From: a virus
Taxonomy: Duplodnaviria > Caudoviricetes
Virus record (IMG/VR): IMGVR_UViG_3300017754_001741
Coordinates: 1-24,181 of that record
Length of the DNA: 24,181 nucleotides
Direction: 5' to 3' (one strand)
Below, piece after piece: positions 1 to 8,353 of this stretch. The position numbers were made by a program, and so were the translations under genes. The number at the start of each line of letters is the position of its first letter. The first letter of the stretch is position 1. The notes under the pieces were generated by a model. It ran no database searches. It was not told the origin of the DNA and was given only the letters and a program-made list of their open reading frames with translations.

Positions 1-327
1 ATCTCGGGCGTAGCTGGACTCGCCGACTACGAACGCTGGACTATCATTCTCAAGATCGCGCCGAGTTACGAGACGCTCGCGCACGAGCTGGTCCACATGG
101 CTGTAGGAAGTCGAGGTCGACTAGGTCGCCGCGATCACCACGACCGCGTGTTCTACAACTGCCTCAAGGACGTCCTCGAACGTCGCTTCAAGATCCGCCT
201 CTCCTTCTACGAGGTCTCGCGATACGGCTACGAGGTCGACGGGATCATCGAGGAACAACTCTACGAAAAGGACGTGTTCCGAGTGTTCCGCAAGGAACCC
301 AAGGTGACCCCGACCGAGGAGTCATAG
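1..327 (+). CDS. Zinc metalloprotease-like protein (SprT/YgjP-like HEXXH), 5' truncated by window edge
   Basis: Frame 1 is open from base 1: ISGVAGLADYERWTIILKIAPSYETLAHELVHMAVG...HHDRVFY. It has HELVH plus a downstream H..F. The ORF-track start at 97 misses the motif. Confidence 0.6.
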   Translation: MSGVAGLADYERWTIILKIAPSYETLAHELVHMAVGSRGRLGRRDHHDRVFYNCLKDVLERRFKIRLSFYEVSRYGYEVDGIIEEQLYEKDVFRVFRKEPKVTPTEES

Positions 328-331
328 AGTC

Positions 332-360
332 TCGACAACTCGACTCGAGTCGGCTAGAGT
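332..360 (+). promoter_or_regulatory. Sigma70-type promoter with palindromic operator (copy 1)
   Basis: TCGACA (332-337), 17 bp spacer containing CGACTCGAGTCG, TAGAGT (355-360); upstream of the ORF at 397. Confidence 0.7.
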
Positions 361-396
361 GTCGACGCATACATTCTCTCAACAGAAAGAAAACCA

Positions 397-615
397 ATGA
401 GCAATACACAAGAACCCAACCCACCGATCGAGGTCTCGTGGACCAAGGTCGACGGTGACTGGCGGATCCGCGTCTACGGAACGAGCGACGATCTCTCAGG
501 TCAGCTCGTCACCGTGACAACGAAGGACGGCAAGGCGAGTCCTGTTCTCCTCGGAGAGATGATCGAGCAACGCGGATCCGCGATCCGTATCTACTCGACA
601 GGAGACCGCCAATGA
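397..615 (+). CDS. Small hypothetical phage protein (beta-rich)
   Basis: 72 aa ORF with AGAAAGA upstream; ATGA overlap with the next ORF. Confidence 0.7.
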   Translation: MSNTQEPNPPIEVSWTKVDGDWRIRVYGTSDDLSGQLVTVTTKDGKASPVLLGEMIEQRGSAIRIYSTGDRQ

Positions 616-773
616 GTCGCTGTCCTGAGTGCGATAAGCAACTGACCTCCGAGGACGATCTCGGTCACGACTGCGAGGTCCCCTCTCAGGAGGAGATCGA
701 CAAGGCTCGCGCCGATGATCGTCGAGCCCTCCAGTCCCTCACCAACATGATCGTTCTCGGGAACGGTTACTAG
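612..773 (+). CDS. Small hypothetical protein with CxxC...HxC (possible zinc finger); not in ORF track
   Basis: MSRCPECDKQLTSEDDLGHDCEVPSQEEIDKARADDRRALQSLTNMIVLGNGY (53 aa); ATGA overlap at 612-615 and GGAG upstream. Confidence 0.6.
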   Translation: MSRCPECDKQLTSEDDLGHDCEVPSQEEIDKARADDRRALQSLTNMIVLGNGY

Positions 774-889
774 ATCTCGCCTGACAGGACGACAGGCAGA
801 ACCCCGACACAGGGGTCCAATAGAGTCGCTCTCAGATTGAGACGTCTCTACCGTCCTAACCAATCCAACTATCCAACAGGAGACACGCC

Positions 890-1408
890 ATGCCCACTAC
901 CGATCCGTCGACGACCCTCGCCAAGACTCTCAAGAGTCTTGAGGGCATCGACCCAATGACAATCTCCGAGGGGACTCCCTCGGACCTAGCACGTCGACTC
1001 GACCTGCTCTCTCGACTCGTCTCTGCCTCGCGCCTGCTACAGGACGAGATCACGGAGTCGCTGTCCGCTTCAATGGAGGACGACTCCCTCGTCATCGCTG
1101 GCGTCGGCAACGTCGTCCGCAAGGCGAAGTATTCGTCAACGTGGATCCACGACTCGAGCCGTGAGCAGATGTTCGACGACGCGATTCGCGCGATCATACA
1201 GAAGCTCGCGACGGACAAGATGACAGGCGAGGTTCACCCTGCCCTGTCGAACGCAATCCGCGAGACCTACAACCTCCTTGACTCAAGCTTCTCGTTCGGA
1301 GCTGATCCCAAGACAGGCTTCCGTAAGCAACTCGGTCTACAGCCCGACGAGTACCGCGCGAAGCGTCAGACAGGCTTCTCGATCTCGATCGAAGGAGAAC
1401 GCGTATGA
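890..1408 (+). CDS. Hypothetical phage protein next to the ERF gene
   Basis: 172 aa ORF, AGGAGA RBS, ATGA overlap with ERF gene. Confidence 0.75.
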   Translation: MPTTDPSTTLAKTLKSLEGIDPMTISEGTPSDLARRLDLLSRLVSASRLLQDEITESLSASMEDDSLVIAGVGNVVRKAKYSSTWIHDSSREQMFDDAIRAIIQKLATDKMTGEVHPALSNAIRETYNLLDSSFSFGADPKTGFRKQLGLQPDEYRAKRQTGFSISIEGERV

Positions 1409-2124
1409 GCTGGACCTCCTCTCCCGAGATACAGAACATCTCTGCTTCTCTCGTCAGGGCTCTCGGCGAACTCTCCGACGTGCCGAAAGGTCGCGAGGCT
1501 AAGATCCCGACTAAGACAGGAGCGTCGTACGGCTACCGCTACGCGGACCTCGCCGACGCGCTCTCAATGGTCCGCCCGATCCTCGCGAAGCACGACCTCG
1601 CTGTGACACAGACAGCCTCTAACCCCGATCACGACACGGTCGCCATTACGACGACCCTGCTCCACGCCTCGGGACAATGGATCACCTTCGACCCTCTCCT
1701 GCTTCCGAACGGTCGCACAGCACAGGAGACAGGATCGGCGATTACCTACGGGCGTCGCTACTCGCTCCTTGCCGTCCTCGGACTCGCCGCGGAGGACGAT
1801 GACGGCGCTAGTGCCGCTCCGCGTCAACCTCGGAACGCTCAGCCCCGTTCTACGGAACGCTCGACAGCGCCCGTCAAGAAGGCTCCCGTCGTAGAGGACA
1901 CGGTCGTCACCTCCGAGATCAAGCGAATGCTCTCCGAGGTAACGACAGAGACAGCCAAGGCGATCAAGACAGAGTTCCTCGCCGAATACGGGAAGCTCGC
2001 GGACCTCTCTCCCGAGAAGCAGGTCGAAGCTCGAGACTGGGTCGCGCTCAAGATCGCAATGGCAGACGTTGCCGATGCGGAATGGATCGCCTCGGCGAAG
2101 GACGAGACGGAGGGCGCGGAATGA
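1405..2124 (+). CDS. ERF-family single-strand DNA annealing protein
   Basis: Motifs YRYADLADAL, TTLLHASGQW, AQETGSAITYGRRYSLLAVLGLAAEDDDG, typical of the ERF superfamily. Confidence 0.9.
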   Translation: MSWTSSPEIQNISASLVRALGELSDVPKGREAKIPTKTGASYGYRYADLADALSMVRPILAKHDLAVTQTASNPDHDTVAITTTLLHASGQWITFDPLLLPNGRTAQETGSAITYGRRYSLLAVLGLAAEDDDGASAAPRQPRNAQPRSTERSTAPVKKAPVVEDTVVTSEIKRMLSEVTTETAKAIKTEFLAEYGKLADLSPEKQVEARDWVALKIAMADVADAEWIASAKDETEGAE

Positions 2125-2450
2125 ATGTCAAGCTGACTGATCTACAGAGATCCGTTCTGTGCTGGCTCGAGACGACAGGAGGAGTCATGCCTCGCAAGCA
2201 AGGGCTATTCGAGAGCAACTCGGCGCTCGCGCATGAGATCGTGATGACTCTCCGAAACCTCGATCTCCTCGGAGAGGGCGTATGGGAGAACGGCTGGAAC
2301 TACCCTCTCACCGAGGAGGGGATCCGCCGAGCGCAACTCAGTCGCTACGGCAGCTGCCCTTCCTGCGTTCAATGTCATTGTGTATGCCGTGTACGCCTTG
2401 TCTGTGCCTTGGGCTGTGGCTCACAGGGCTGTCACGGGAGCCACGATTGA
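2121..2450 (+). CDS. Hypothetical protein, wHTH-like N-terminus and Cys-rich C-terminus
   Basis: Start chosen at ATGA overlap 2121 (MNVKLTDLQRSVL...YPLTEEG...CPSCVQCHCVC..CALGC...CH). Confidence 0.6.
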   Translation: MNVKLTDLQRSVLCWLETTGGVMPRKQGLFESNSALAHEIVMTLRNLDLLGEGVWENGWNYPLTEEGIRRAQLSRYGSCPSCVQCHCVCRVRLVCALGCGSQGCHGSHD

Positions 2451-2725
2451 GCGCGGAGATCTCCCGTCGACGTCTCGTTACCTTTACGGTCATCGTGTCG
2501 ATCGACGCGGACAAGGCAGACAGCCTCGTCGGAGATCAGGGCTTCCTTAGTCCCGACGGAGAGTACGGTCTCCCGATCTCGGGACTCGAGATGACGACGG
2601 ACAATCTCGCATGGAGCCTCGCTCGTCAAGCGTTTGAGACATTAGGTGAGAGGCTCGACGCTGTCGTCCTCGATGCCTCTAGTCATGTCGGCGACGAGAT
2701 CCCGACGGAGTTCTCCGAGTTCTAA
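2447..2725 (+). CDS. Hypothetical protein
   Basis: 3' part of ORF 2282-2725; TTG start overlapping the upstream TGA (TTGA); acidic, plausible composition. Confidence 0.55.
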   Translation: MSAEISRRRLVTFTVIVSIDADKADSLVGDQGFLSPDGEYGLPISGLEMTTDNLAWSLARQAFETLGERLDAVVLDASSHVGDEIPTEFSEF

Positions 2726-2733
2726 CGAGCTGA

Positions 2734-2773
2734 GAGCCCGAGGAGTGCGCTATGGTTGGCGACCCTCGGGCTC
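2734..2773 (+). terminator. Strong hairpin directly after the gene (terminator-like, or 5' element of a structured RNA)
   Basis: GAGCCCGAGG (2734-2743) pairs with CCTCGGGCTC (2764-2773), with extra inner pairing; no U-tract. Confidence 0.45.
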
Positions 2774-2887
2774 GTCGCCCGTTCCCAATCCTGTTCCGCA
2801 AGAGAGGTCGCTGACATTCTACAGCAATCCGAGTAAGACTCGATGACACCAATACTCAGATCGACGGCGTAGGTGGGCTCACCCAGT

Positions 2888-3175
2888 TTCGTTAACGGGA
2901 ACAATCTCGCCGAGCGACATCTGACTGCTTAGTCGCCACCCAGAGGACCTGAGAATCCTCGACTCGCGGTGGTCACTCGATGAACAGAGATGTCGCTTTC
3001 CCGATCCGCAACGAATGTCATAAGGGCATTCGCCGAGGGAGAGGGGCTGACGCAGGCTTAGCTGACTCTAAGAGGGGGTGCGTGTTTCTTGAGAGAGAAC
3101 GCGTGGCACGCTCGTTGTACCTGAGACTCGTATCTTTCTTTTACCCTTCGTCTCTGTCTCACCCTGACGAAAGGG
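2888..3175. ncRNA. Candidate structured non-coding element (ncRNA or origin)
   Basis: Nested helices: CGGGAA 2896-2901/TTCCCG 2998-3003; AGCGACATCT 2913-2922/AGATGTCGCT 2988-2997; GACT/AGTC; GCCACC/GGTGGT; GAGGA/TCCTC; further hairpins 3012-3032, ~3081-3103, 3144-3175. Lies in the largest gap lacking a credible ORF. Confidence 0.4.
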
Positions 3176-3198
3176 GGTGGGGGCTCTACACAATCTCA

Positions 3199-3221
3199 AC
3201 CCGACCCGAGTCGGCTAGAAC
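3199..3221 (+). promoter_or_regulatory. Palindromic operator (copy 2), auxiliary site without a clear -35
   Basis: ACCCGACCCGAGTCGGCT at 3199-3216, 46 bp upstream of copy 3. Confidence 0.6.
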
Positions 3222-3238
3222 AGAGGGAGATACGGTCC

Positions 3239-3267
3239 TCGACAAGTCGACCCGAGTCGGCTAGAGT
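3239..3267 (+). promoter_or_regulatory. Sigma70-type promoter with palindromic operator (copy 3)
   Basis: TCGACA (3239-3244), 17 bp spacer AGTCGACCCGAGTCGGC, TAGAGT (3262-3267); upstream of the ORF at 3298. Confidence 0.7.
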
Positions 3268-3297
3268 CTCCGATTACAGCACAGAAAGGCTGACACA

Positions 3298-4113
3298 ATG
3301 ACCCAACGACCTACACGCATTCTTTCCCTCGGAGCAGGAGTCCAATCCACAACCCTTTTGCTCATGATGCTTCACGGAGAGATTGAGCGAGCTGATCACG
3401 TCGTTTTCGCTGATACAGGCTGGGAGCCGAAGCGAGTCTACGAACACCTCGAGAACCTCAAGGTCCTCATGGAGGAGGCGCAGATCCCGTTTCACTTCGT
3501 CAGCAAGGGCAACATTCGAGAGGACTTCCTGACCGAGGGAGTCCGCGCCGCGTCGATGCCGTTACACATGGTCGGCGAGGACGGCAAGCCGGGCATGGTT
3601 CGTAGACAATGTACCGAGGAGTACAAGCTGAAGCCTCTCATGAAGAAACAGAGGGAGCTGGCTGGACTCGCAAAAGGACAGCGAAGCAAGGAACACCTCG
3701 TAACGACGCTCATCGGTATCTCGTGGGACGAGAGCCAGAGAATGAGGGATCCGAAGTTCTCATGGATACGTCACGAGTATCCCCTGATCGACCGACATCT
3801 CACACGGCAGGACTGCCTCGACTGGTGTGCGGACAAGGGCTACGCCCTTCCTCCTCGGTCGGCGTGTATCGGTTGTCCGTTCAAGAACACCGAGGAGTGG
3901 AGACTCCTGAGCGAGATGCCCGAGGAGTGGGCGGACGCAGTCGAGTTTGACGAGGCGCTACGGTCCCTCCCTCATTTACAGGCGAAGTATCGAGGGACGC
4001 CCTACCTCCACTCGTCACGAGTCGCCTTGAGAGACGCTGATCTGAGAACGAAAGAGGAAATGGGGATTGTGTCCCTATTCGATCAGGAGTGCGAAGGAAT
4101 GTGCGGACTCTGA
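3298..4113 (+). CDS. PAPS reductase-like PP-loop (adenine nucleotide alpha hydrolase) protein, copy 1
   Basis: LSLGAGVQST PP-loop, FADTGWE, RQCT..YK, IGIS.DE..R, YPL, PPRSACIGCPF, C-terminal CEGMCG; AGAAAGG RBS. Confidence 0.8.
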   Translation: MTQRPTRILSLGAGVQSTTLLLMMLHGEIERADHVVFADTGWEPKRVYEHLENLKVLMEEAQIPFHFVSKGNIREDFLTEGVRAASMPLHMVGEDGKPGMVRRQCTEEYKLKPLMKKQRELAGLAKGQRSKEHLVTTLIGISWDESQRMRDPKFSWIRHEYPLIDRHLTRQDCLDWCADKGYALPPRSACIGCPFKNTEEWRLLSEMPEEWADAVEFDEALRSLPHLQAKYRGTPYLHSSRVALRDADLRTKEEMGIVSLFDQECEGMCGL

Positions 4114-4433
4114 TGAAGCGTTCGGGAGCAATAACTCGACGGACTCCTCTCAAGAGATCCGCGCCTAAGCGACAGCGACGGACGGGACTCGACAGCGACG
4201 TTCGCACGAGCGTGTTCCTCCGAGACAAGGGCTGTAAAGGCAGAGAGCTGATCCCTGACCTCTCCTGTTGGGGGAAGCTCGATCCTCATCACATTCTACG
4301 GAAGTCACAAGGTGGGCAGGACACGCCCGACAACCTTGTGACCCTCTGTAGGGCTCACCACGACTGGGTACACGGGAACCCTGAGTCGTCACGAAACCTC
4401 GGTCTCCTTCGGAGACCTCAACACAAGGAATAA
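4113..4433 (+). CDS. HNH endonuclease
   Basis: VFLRDKGC...C...LDPHHILRKSQGGQDTPDNLVTLCRAHHDWVH; start at TGATG overlap 4113. Confidence 0.85.
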   Translation: MKRSGAITRRTPLKRSAPKRQRRTGLDSDVRTSVFLRDKGCKGRELIPDLSCWGKLDPHHILRKSQGGQDTPDNLVTLCRAHHDWVHGNPESSRNLGLLRRPQHKE

Positions 4434-4437
4434 TCCA

Positions 4438-4902
4438 ATGACACTAATGAACCAGCAACTCGACCTATTCGGGGAGATCGTCCCCGAGGTCCGTCAAGTA
4501 ATGTGCTGTCCGCATTGTTCGGGCAGGGGAGTGATCCCCGTCGACGAAGCGACAGCCCGTAATGCCGATCCTCGATCCTCGAAAGAGGCTGGCGGTCGAC
4601 ACTCCTCTGACCCGAGGCGATTCCAGCGAGGATCACGACAGGCGCGCGTTCTCGAGGCGTTCTCCCTCCAGCCCTATACGGCACAAGAAGTAGCAATCGC
4701 TGTCGTTGGGGCAGAAGCTCCTCTCTCGGCGCTCGAGGGAACGCGGAGACGCGTCTCCTCGCTCAAGAGAATCGGTCTTATTGCGGAGACAGGACAAGAA
4801 CGCGTCAATCCGGGGAGCGCAACTCCTTCGTCAATCTACGGAGTGACGGATCTCGGTCTCGACGTCCTGCGTCGTTTGCGCGAGACGGGCTGGTCCGTAT
4901 GA
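4438..4902 (+). CDS. Winged-helix DNA-binding protein with N-terminal CxxCxG
   Basis: ARNADPRSSKEAG motif, then YTAQEVA...RRVSSLKRIGLI...YGVTDLG wHTH pattern. Confidence 0.6.
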   Translation: MTLMNQQLDLFGEIVPEVRQVMCCPHCSGRGVIPVDEATARNADPRSSKEAGGRHSSDPRRFQRGSRQARVLEAFSLQPYTAQEVAIAVVGAEAPLSALEGTRRRVSSLKRIGLIAETGQERVNPGSATPSSIYGVTDLGLDVLRRLRETGWSV

Positions 4903-5249
4903 GTCGACTTCTGACTCAGGGCGAGATCGAGGCAAACATTGCCGAACTGAGCGATCTCCTCGAGGAGCAGACCTACCTGTATGCCGAACAATCCGAAGCA
5001 GCTGCCATTACCGAATCGGATTACAAGATCCGAATGGCGAGAGCGATCGTCGGCTTCGCCAATGACCCCACAATCAAGATGACCCAGCACGAGCGACAGG
5101 CTCGATGCGACCTACATTGCGCCTCGGAGTTCCGAGACTGGAAACTCGCCGAGGCGCAGAGACAGGCAACGAAGGAAGCTCTCCTATCCTTGCGATCCCG
5201 ATTGGACGCAATGAGAACCCTGTCCGCAAATGTCCGACACGCAACCTAG
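4899..5249 (+). CDS. Helical/coiled-coil hypothetical phage protein
   Basis: 116 aa ORF, ATGA overlap, amphipathic helices ending LRSRLDAMRTLSANVR. Confidence 0.7.
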   Translation: MSRLLTQGEIEANIAELSDLLEEQTYLYAEQSEAAAITESDYKIRMARAIVGFANDPTIKMTQHERQARCDLHCASEFRDWKLAEAQRQATKEALLSLRSRLDAMRTLSANVRHAT

Positions 5250-5263
5250 AAAGAAACTCCCCA

Positions 5264-5491
5264 ATGACCAAGAACAACGACGTTGACGAACTGAAACGTC
5301 TCGAGAGACTGATCGCCCGAGGCATCAAGGCATACGACGAGCGCAACGCTCTCATTGTTGCCCTCGTCAATCGAGGGCATAAGCAGGTAGACGTCGCTCG
5401 GATTATCAACCGAGAACGCGAGAAGCTCGGCGTTCCCCTGATCACACCCGACGCGATCGCCGCCACTATCAAGAGAGTCAACGCAGAATAG
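5264..5491 (+). CDS. Small HTH-like DNA-binding protein, paralog 1
   Basis: MTKNN start after AGAAAGA; RNALIVALVNRGHKQVDVARIIN...ITPDAIAATIKR; paralog of 9196-9453. Confidence 0.65.
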   Translation: MTKNNDVDELKRLERLIARGIKAYDERNALIVALVNRGHKQVDVARIINREREKLGVPLITPDAIAATIKRVNAE

Positions 5492-5520
5492 TTGACTCCT
5501 CGACTCGAGTCGGCTATCCT
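5492..5520 (+). promoter_or_regulatory. Sigma70-type promoter with palindromic operator (copy 4)
   Basis: TTGACT (5492-5497), 17 bp spacer CCTCGACTCGAGTCGGC, TATCCT (5515-5520). Confidence 0.8.
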
Positions 5521-5550
5521 GCCGACAACCTACAACAAGAAAGACACGCC

Positions 5551-5922
5551 ATGACAACAGATCCAAACGGTCTCAAGACACACACACAGACAACCTTCCA
5601 GCGTCACGAACGCCGAACGCATCTCCGCGAGACGTTCTGGACCTTTACGGGTATGCGCTCCCTCAACGCCTGCTACAGCGACGGTCTCCACATGATCTCG
5701 TTCATTACGCACGACCGCGACGACTCTCGTCAGACCGTTATCCACGCTCATAGGACCGAGACGATCTCGATCGACTCCGACGACGAACTCGCGTTATGTA
5801 TCAACATACGAACTAACGACGGCGTTCCTCTGACGATCCACCTCCACGACGTCACACTCTCGCAACTCATGGAGGCGCTCGATACAGCCCTCCTTTCGAG
5901 GACAGCGACGGAGACAGCATGA
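5551..5922 (+). CDS. Hypothetical protein
   Basis: 123 aa ORF, AGAAAGA upstream, ATGA overlap with the methyltransferase. Confidence 0.7.
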   Translation: MTTDPNGLKTHTQTTFQRHERRTHLRETFWTFTGMRSLNACYSDGLHMISFITHDRDDSRQTVIHAHRTETISIDSDDELALCINIRTNDGVPLTIHLHDVTLSQLMEALDTALLSRTATETA

Positions 5923-6968
5923 CCGAGGAGTCAACTCCCCTTGCGACGATCCTCGTCGGAGATGTCCTCGACAGGCTGACAGACATTTTCGACGGCTCGG
6001 TTCAATGCTGTATCACGTCTCCTCCGTATTGGGGGCTCCGCGATTACGGAACAGGAGAGTGGATCGGCGGAGATCCCGATTGCTCTCATCGGCGCGATTC
6101 AAAGTTCTCCGAGCTGACCGCGACAGGGCATAAGAACCTCGAGATCGGCGGAGTCGGCGACGGCATTTACAAGTCGCTGTGTAAGCAATGCGGAGCGCGT
6201 CGCGTCGACAGCCAGCTCGGACTCGAGGAGACTCCCGACGAGTACGTCGAGAGTATGGTCCGCGTTTTCCGTGAGGTCCGACGTGTCCTCGCCGACGACG
6301 GAGTCCTCTGGCTCAACCTCGGCGACTCCTACTCAGGATCAGGCAAGGGTCCAGCAGGCAACCTCGGCGCTACGAATAACGAGCGTCACATGGAACACGC
6401 GCACAGCGCGATCGTTCCCGACGGACTCAAACCGAAGGACCTCGTCGGGATACCTTGGCGAGTCGCCTTCGCTCTACAGAAGGACGGCTGGTATCTACGG
6501 CAGGACGTTATTTGGCACAAGCCGAACCCGATGCCCGAGAGCGTCCTCGATCGCTGTACTAAGGCTCACGAATACGTTTTCATGCTGACGAAGTCGGCGA
6601 GGTACTACTTCGATAACAAGGCGATTGCAGAGGCGACCGTCTCGACGTCGACGGATCTCGCCGAGAAGTCGACACGCAATAAAAGGTCGGTATGGACGAT
6701 CGCTGTCAAGGCGTTCAAGGGCTCTCACTTCGCAGTTATGCCCGAGGCGCTAGTCGAGCCCTGTCTCCTGTCCTCGAGTCGTAAGGGCGACCTAGTCCTC
6801 GACCCTTTTACAGGATCGGGAACCGTCGGAGTCGTCGGACTTCGTTACGGTCGGCGCTTCGTCGGGACCGAACTCAACCCCGAATACGCGAAGCTCGCCC
6901 GAGGACGGATCTCGGAGGATAATCCTCTCTGGAATGTCGTCACGATCGACGAGAAGGAGACAGTATGA
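5919..6968 (+). CDS. Site-specific DNA methyltransferase, N4-C/N6-A family (beta arrangement)
   Basis: N-terminal catalytic TSPPY, WLNLGD, IWHKPNPMPES, C-terminal SAM-binding VLDPFTGSGT...ELNPEY; Cys-containing insertion (DCSH...CKQCG). Confidence 0.92.
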   Translation: MTEESTPLATILVGDVLDRLTDIFDGSVQCCITSPPYWGLRDYGTGEWIGGDPDCSHRRDSKFSELTATGHKNLEIGGVGDGIYKSLCKQCGARRVDSQLGLEETPDEYVESMVRVFREVRRVLADDGVLWLNLGDSYSGSGKGPAGNLGATNNERHMEHAHSAIVPDGLKPKDLVGIPWRVAFALQKDGWYLRQDVIWHKPNPMPESVLDRCTKAHEYVFMLTKSARYYFDNKAIAEATVSTSTDLAEKSTRNKRSVWTIAVKAFKGSHFAVMPEALVEPCLLSSSRKGDLVLDPFTGSGTVGVVGLRYGRRFVGTELNPEYAKLARGRISEDNPLWNVVTIDEKETV

Positions 6969-7555
6969 GCATTCCCCTAGACCTAGACCTCCAAATGACA
7001 GGGCTACTCGATAGCGCAATCGAGATGTGGAGGAAAGACGGTTGCGTCATGACGTGCTCGTACGCGCTCGGACACTCCGCACACGCCTTCGCTCAGCCTT
7101 ACGAGATCCAAGGAGTCACGATTGCGATCGAGACGCGAGTCGCGCTCCATGCCCTCATCGCCGCCTGCGTCAACGCTCGTTACATTGGGCGAATCGACGA
7201 GAGCTGGGTCCGTCTGTCCGACGTCGGAGAGCCCGATCTCGTTCACGGAGATCTCGAGCAAATGGCTGATTACGATCCTCGGGTAGCGACAGCGATCTGC
7301 GTACAGGCATACGACCTCGAGACGGGAGACTCCTATCTCCACATGGCGACCCTGAGCCTCGACGACAACGGATCTCAGCAATGGCGCAGGACATTTTCGG
7401 AAGATGTCGAGGGACGGATCGTAGGAGGATCTCAGCTCACCGCACGAGCAATACCGATCCTGTCGAAAGAGACCGACCTCAACGCCGAGGTCGTCGAGAG
7501 CTTCCTCAACGCGGTCGGCTGGACAATGGCTGTAGCGAGCGCGGAGGCGGAATGA
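6965..7555 (+). CDS. Hypothetical protein
   Basis: 196 aa ORF, AAGGAG RBS, ATGA overlaps on both sides. Confidence 0.7.
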   Translation: MSIPLDLDLQMTGLLDSAIEMWRKDGCVMTCSYALGHSAHAFAQPYEIQGVTIAIETRVALHALIAACVNARYIGRIDESWVRLSDVGEPDLVHGDLEQMADYDPRVATAICVQAYDLETGDSYLHMATLSLDDNGSQQWRRTFSEDVEGRIVGGSQLTARAIPILSKETDLNAEVVESFLNAVGWTMAVASAEAE

Positions 7556-7635
7556 GAACGCTGATGACAATCGCCTATTACCTCGGCGCAGCTGCGATTA
7601 TGTACGCAATGTGGAGGTGGCTCCATGAGATGTGA
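7552..7635 (+). CDS. 27 aa membrane peptide
   Basis: MRTLMTIAYYLGAAAIMYAMWRWLHEM; GGAGG RBS and ATGA overlap; fills the gap between two genes. Confidence 0.5.
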   Translation: MRTLMTIAYYLGAAAIMYAMWRWLHEM

Positions 7636-8143
7636 GTTCGCGGAGACCGTATCGCGTCGTCTTTACAACGGGACCGAGAGAACAGACTCCCTCGCCAATC
7701 TTTTACAGGCTGGAGGACAACTCGAGGCACACTACCGAAAGGTCTGCCCTTGCTACGGCTTTCCTCCTGTCGATCGGATCTGCGTACCTGAGCCTGTCGT
7801 CGAGCCTGTCGCTCCGCCGACACGATCCTTCGCACACGGGCTCAACGCCTATTGCGTCTACAAGTGTCGGTGCGAGATCTGTATCACCGCGAATACGGAA
7901 TCCAAACGTAAATACCGACCTCTGTCCGATGCTGTAAAGGTCCGACTCGACGCTCAGCCTCTAATCAGCAGGCTCACTCGAGACGGTCGCCTCGCCGCAG
8001 TCGAGAACTCCAAGATCTCAAGCTGGCGCAAGGACGGAATCGGGATCTACTCTGCTGACAAGTGGTGTATTCGCCTCGGCTATCACCCGATTGAGATCTG
8101 GGGACAGGATTTCTACGTCTCGATAGCGCCTGACGTCGACTAG
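7625..8143 (+). CDS. Zinc-binding / HTH DNA-binding protein
   Basis: HG..AY....CRCEIC..AN motif common in actinophage proteins; C-terminal ADKWCIRLGYHPIEIWG HTH-like tail. Confidence 0.6.
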   Translation: MRCEFAETVSRRLYNGTERTDSLANLLQAGGQLEAHYRKVCPCYGFPPVDRICVPEPVVEPVAPPTRSFAHGLNAYCVYKCRCEICITANTESKRKYRPLSDAVKVRLDAQPLISRLTRDGRLAAVENSKISSWRKDGIGIYSADKWCIRLGYHPIEIWGQDFYVSIAPDVD

Positions 8144-8316
8144 ACCGCCGACGTCGCTGTCCCGTAGATCCGCACAACATTGACGCAAGGATCTCCCTGA
8201 GCATCGAACTCCGAGATCTCCTCCTCCGTGTACGGCAATCCGTCGTGAGTATCGCAGACAGGATCCGAACAGAAGCCCTGAGCCTTTCCGTAGTTGATCC
8301 ATTCGGCAAGTGTCAT
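8140..8316 (-). CDS. Small Cys/His hypothetical phage protein (only credible minus-strand gene)
   Basis: MTLAEWINYGKAQGFCSDPVCDTHDGLPYTEEEISEFDAQGDPCVNVVRIY (58 aa) fills the gap between + genes; overlapping stops at CTAG 8140-8143. Confidence 0.6.
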   Translation of the reverse strand: MTLAEWINYGKAQGFCSDPVCDTHDGLPYTEEEISEFDAQGDPCVNVVRIYGTATSAV

Positions 8317-8353
8317 CTCAGGCGTCACGTCGACAAGTGTAACGTAGGGGAGT

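Noticed and set aside
779-826. Short inverted repeats (GCCTG/CAGGC, ACCCC/GGGGT) before TAGAGT upstream of gene 890
   Set aside because: Only 5 bp arms and no convincing -35; could be a promoter but is not supportable.
2913-2997. Cloverleaf-like fold as a tRNA
   Set aside because: No TTC T-loop, no 7 nt anticodon loop geometry, no CCA; arm sizes are wrong.
3164-3200. CTGACGA resembling a hammerhead ribozyme core
   Set aside because: No stem II followed by GAAA and no matching cleavage triplet geometry.
2980-3264. 94 aa ORF in the non-coding gap
   Set aside because: No RBS, atypical codon usage, and it runs through two operators and several hairpins.
4113-6968. HNH plus methyltransferase as a restriction-modification pair
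   Set aside because: Not adjacent; the short HNH is the common phage type and orphan MTases are routine in phages.
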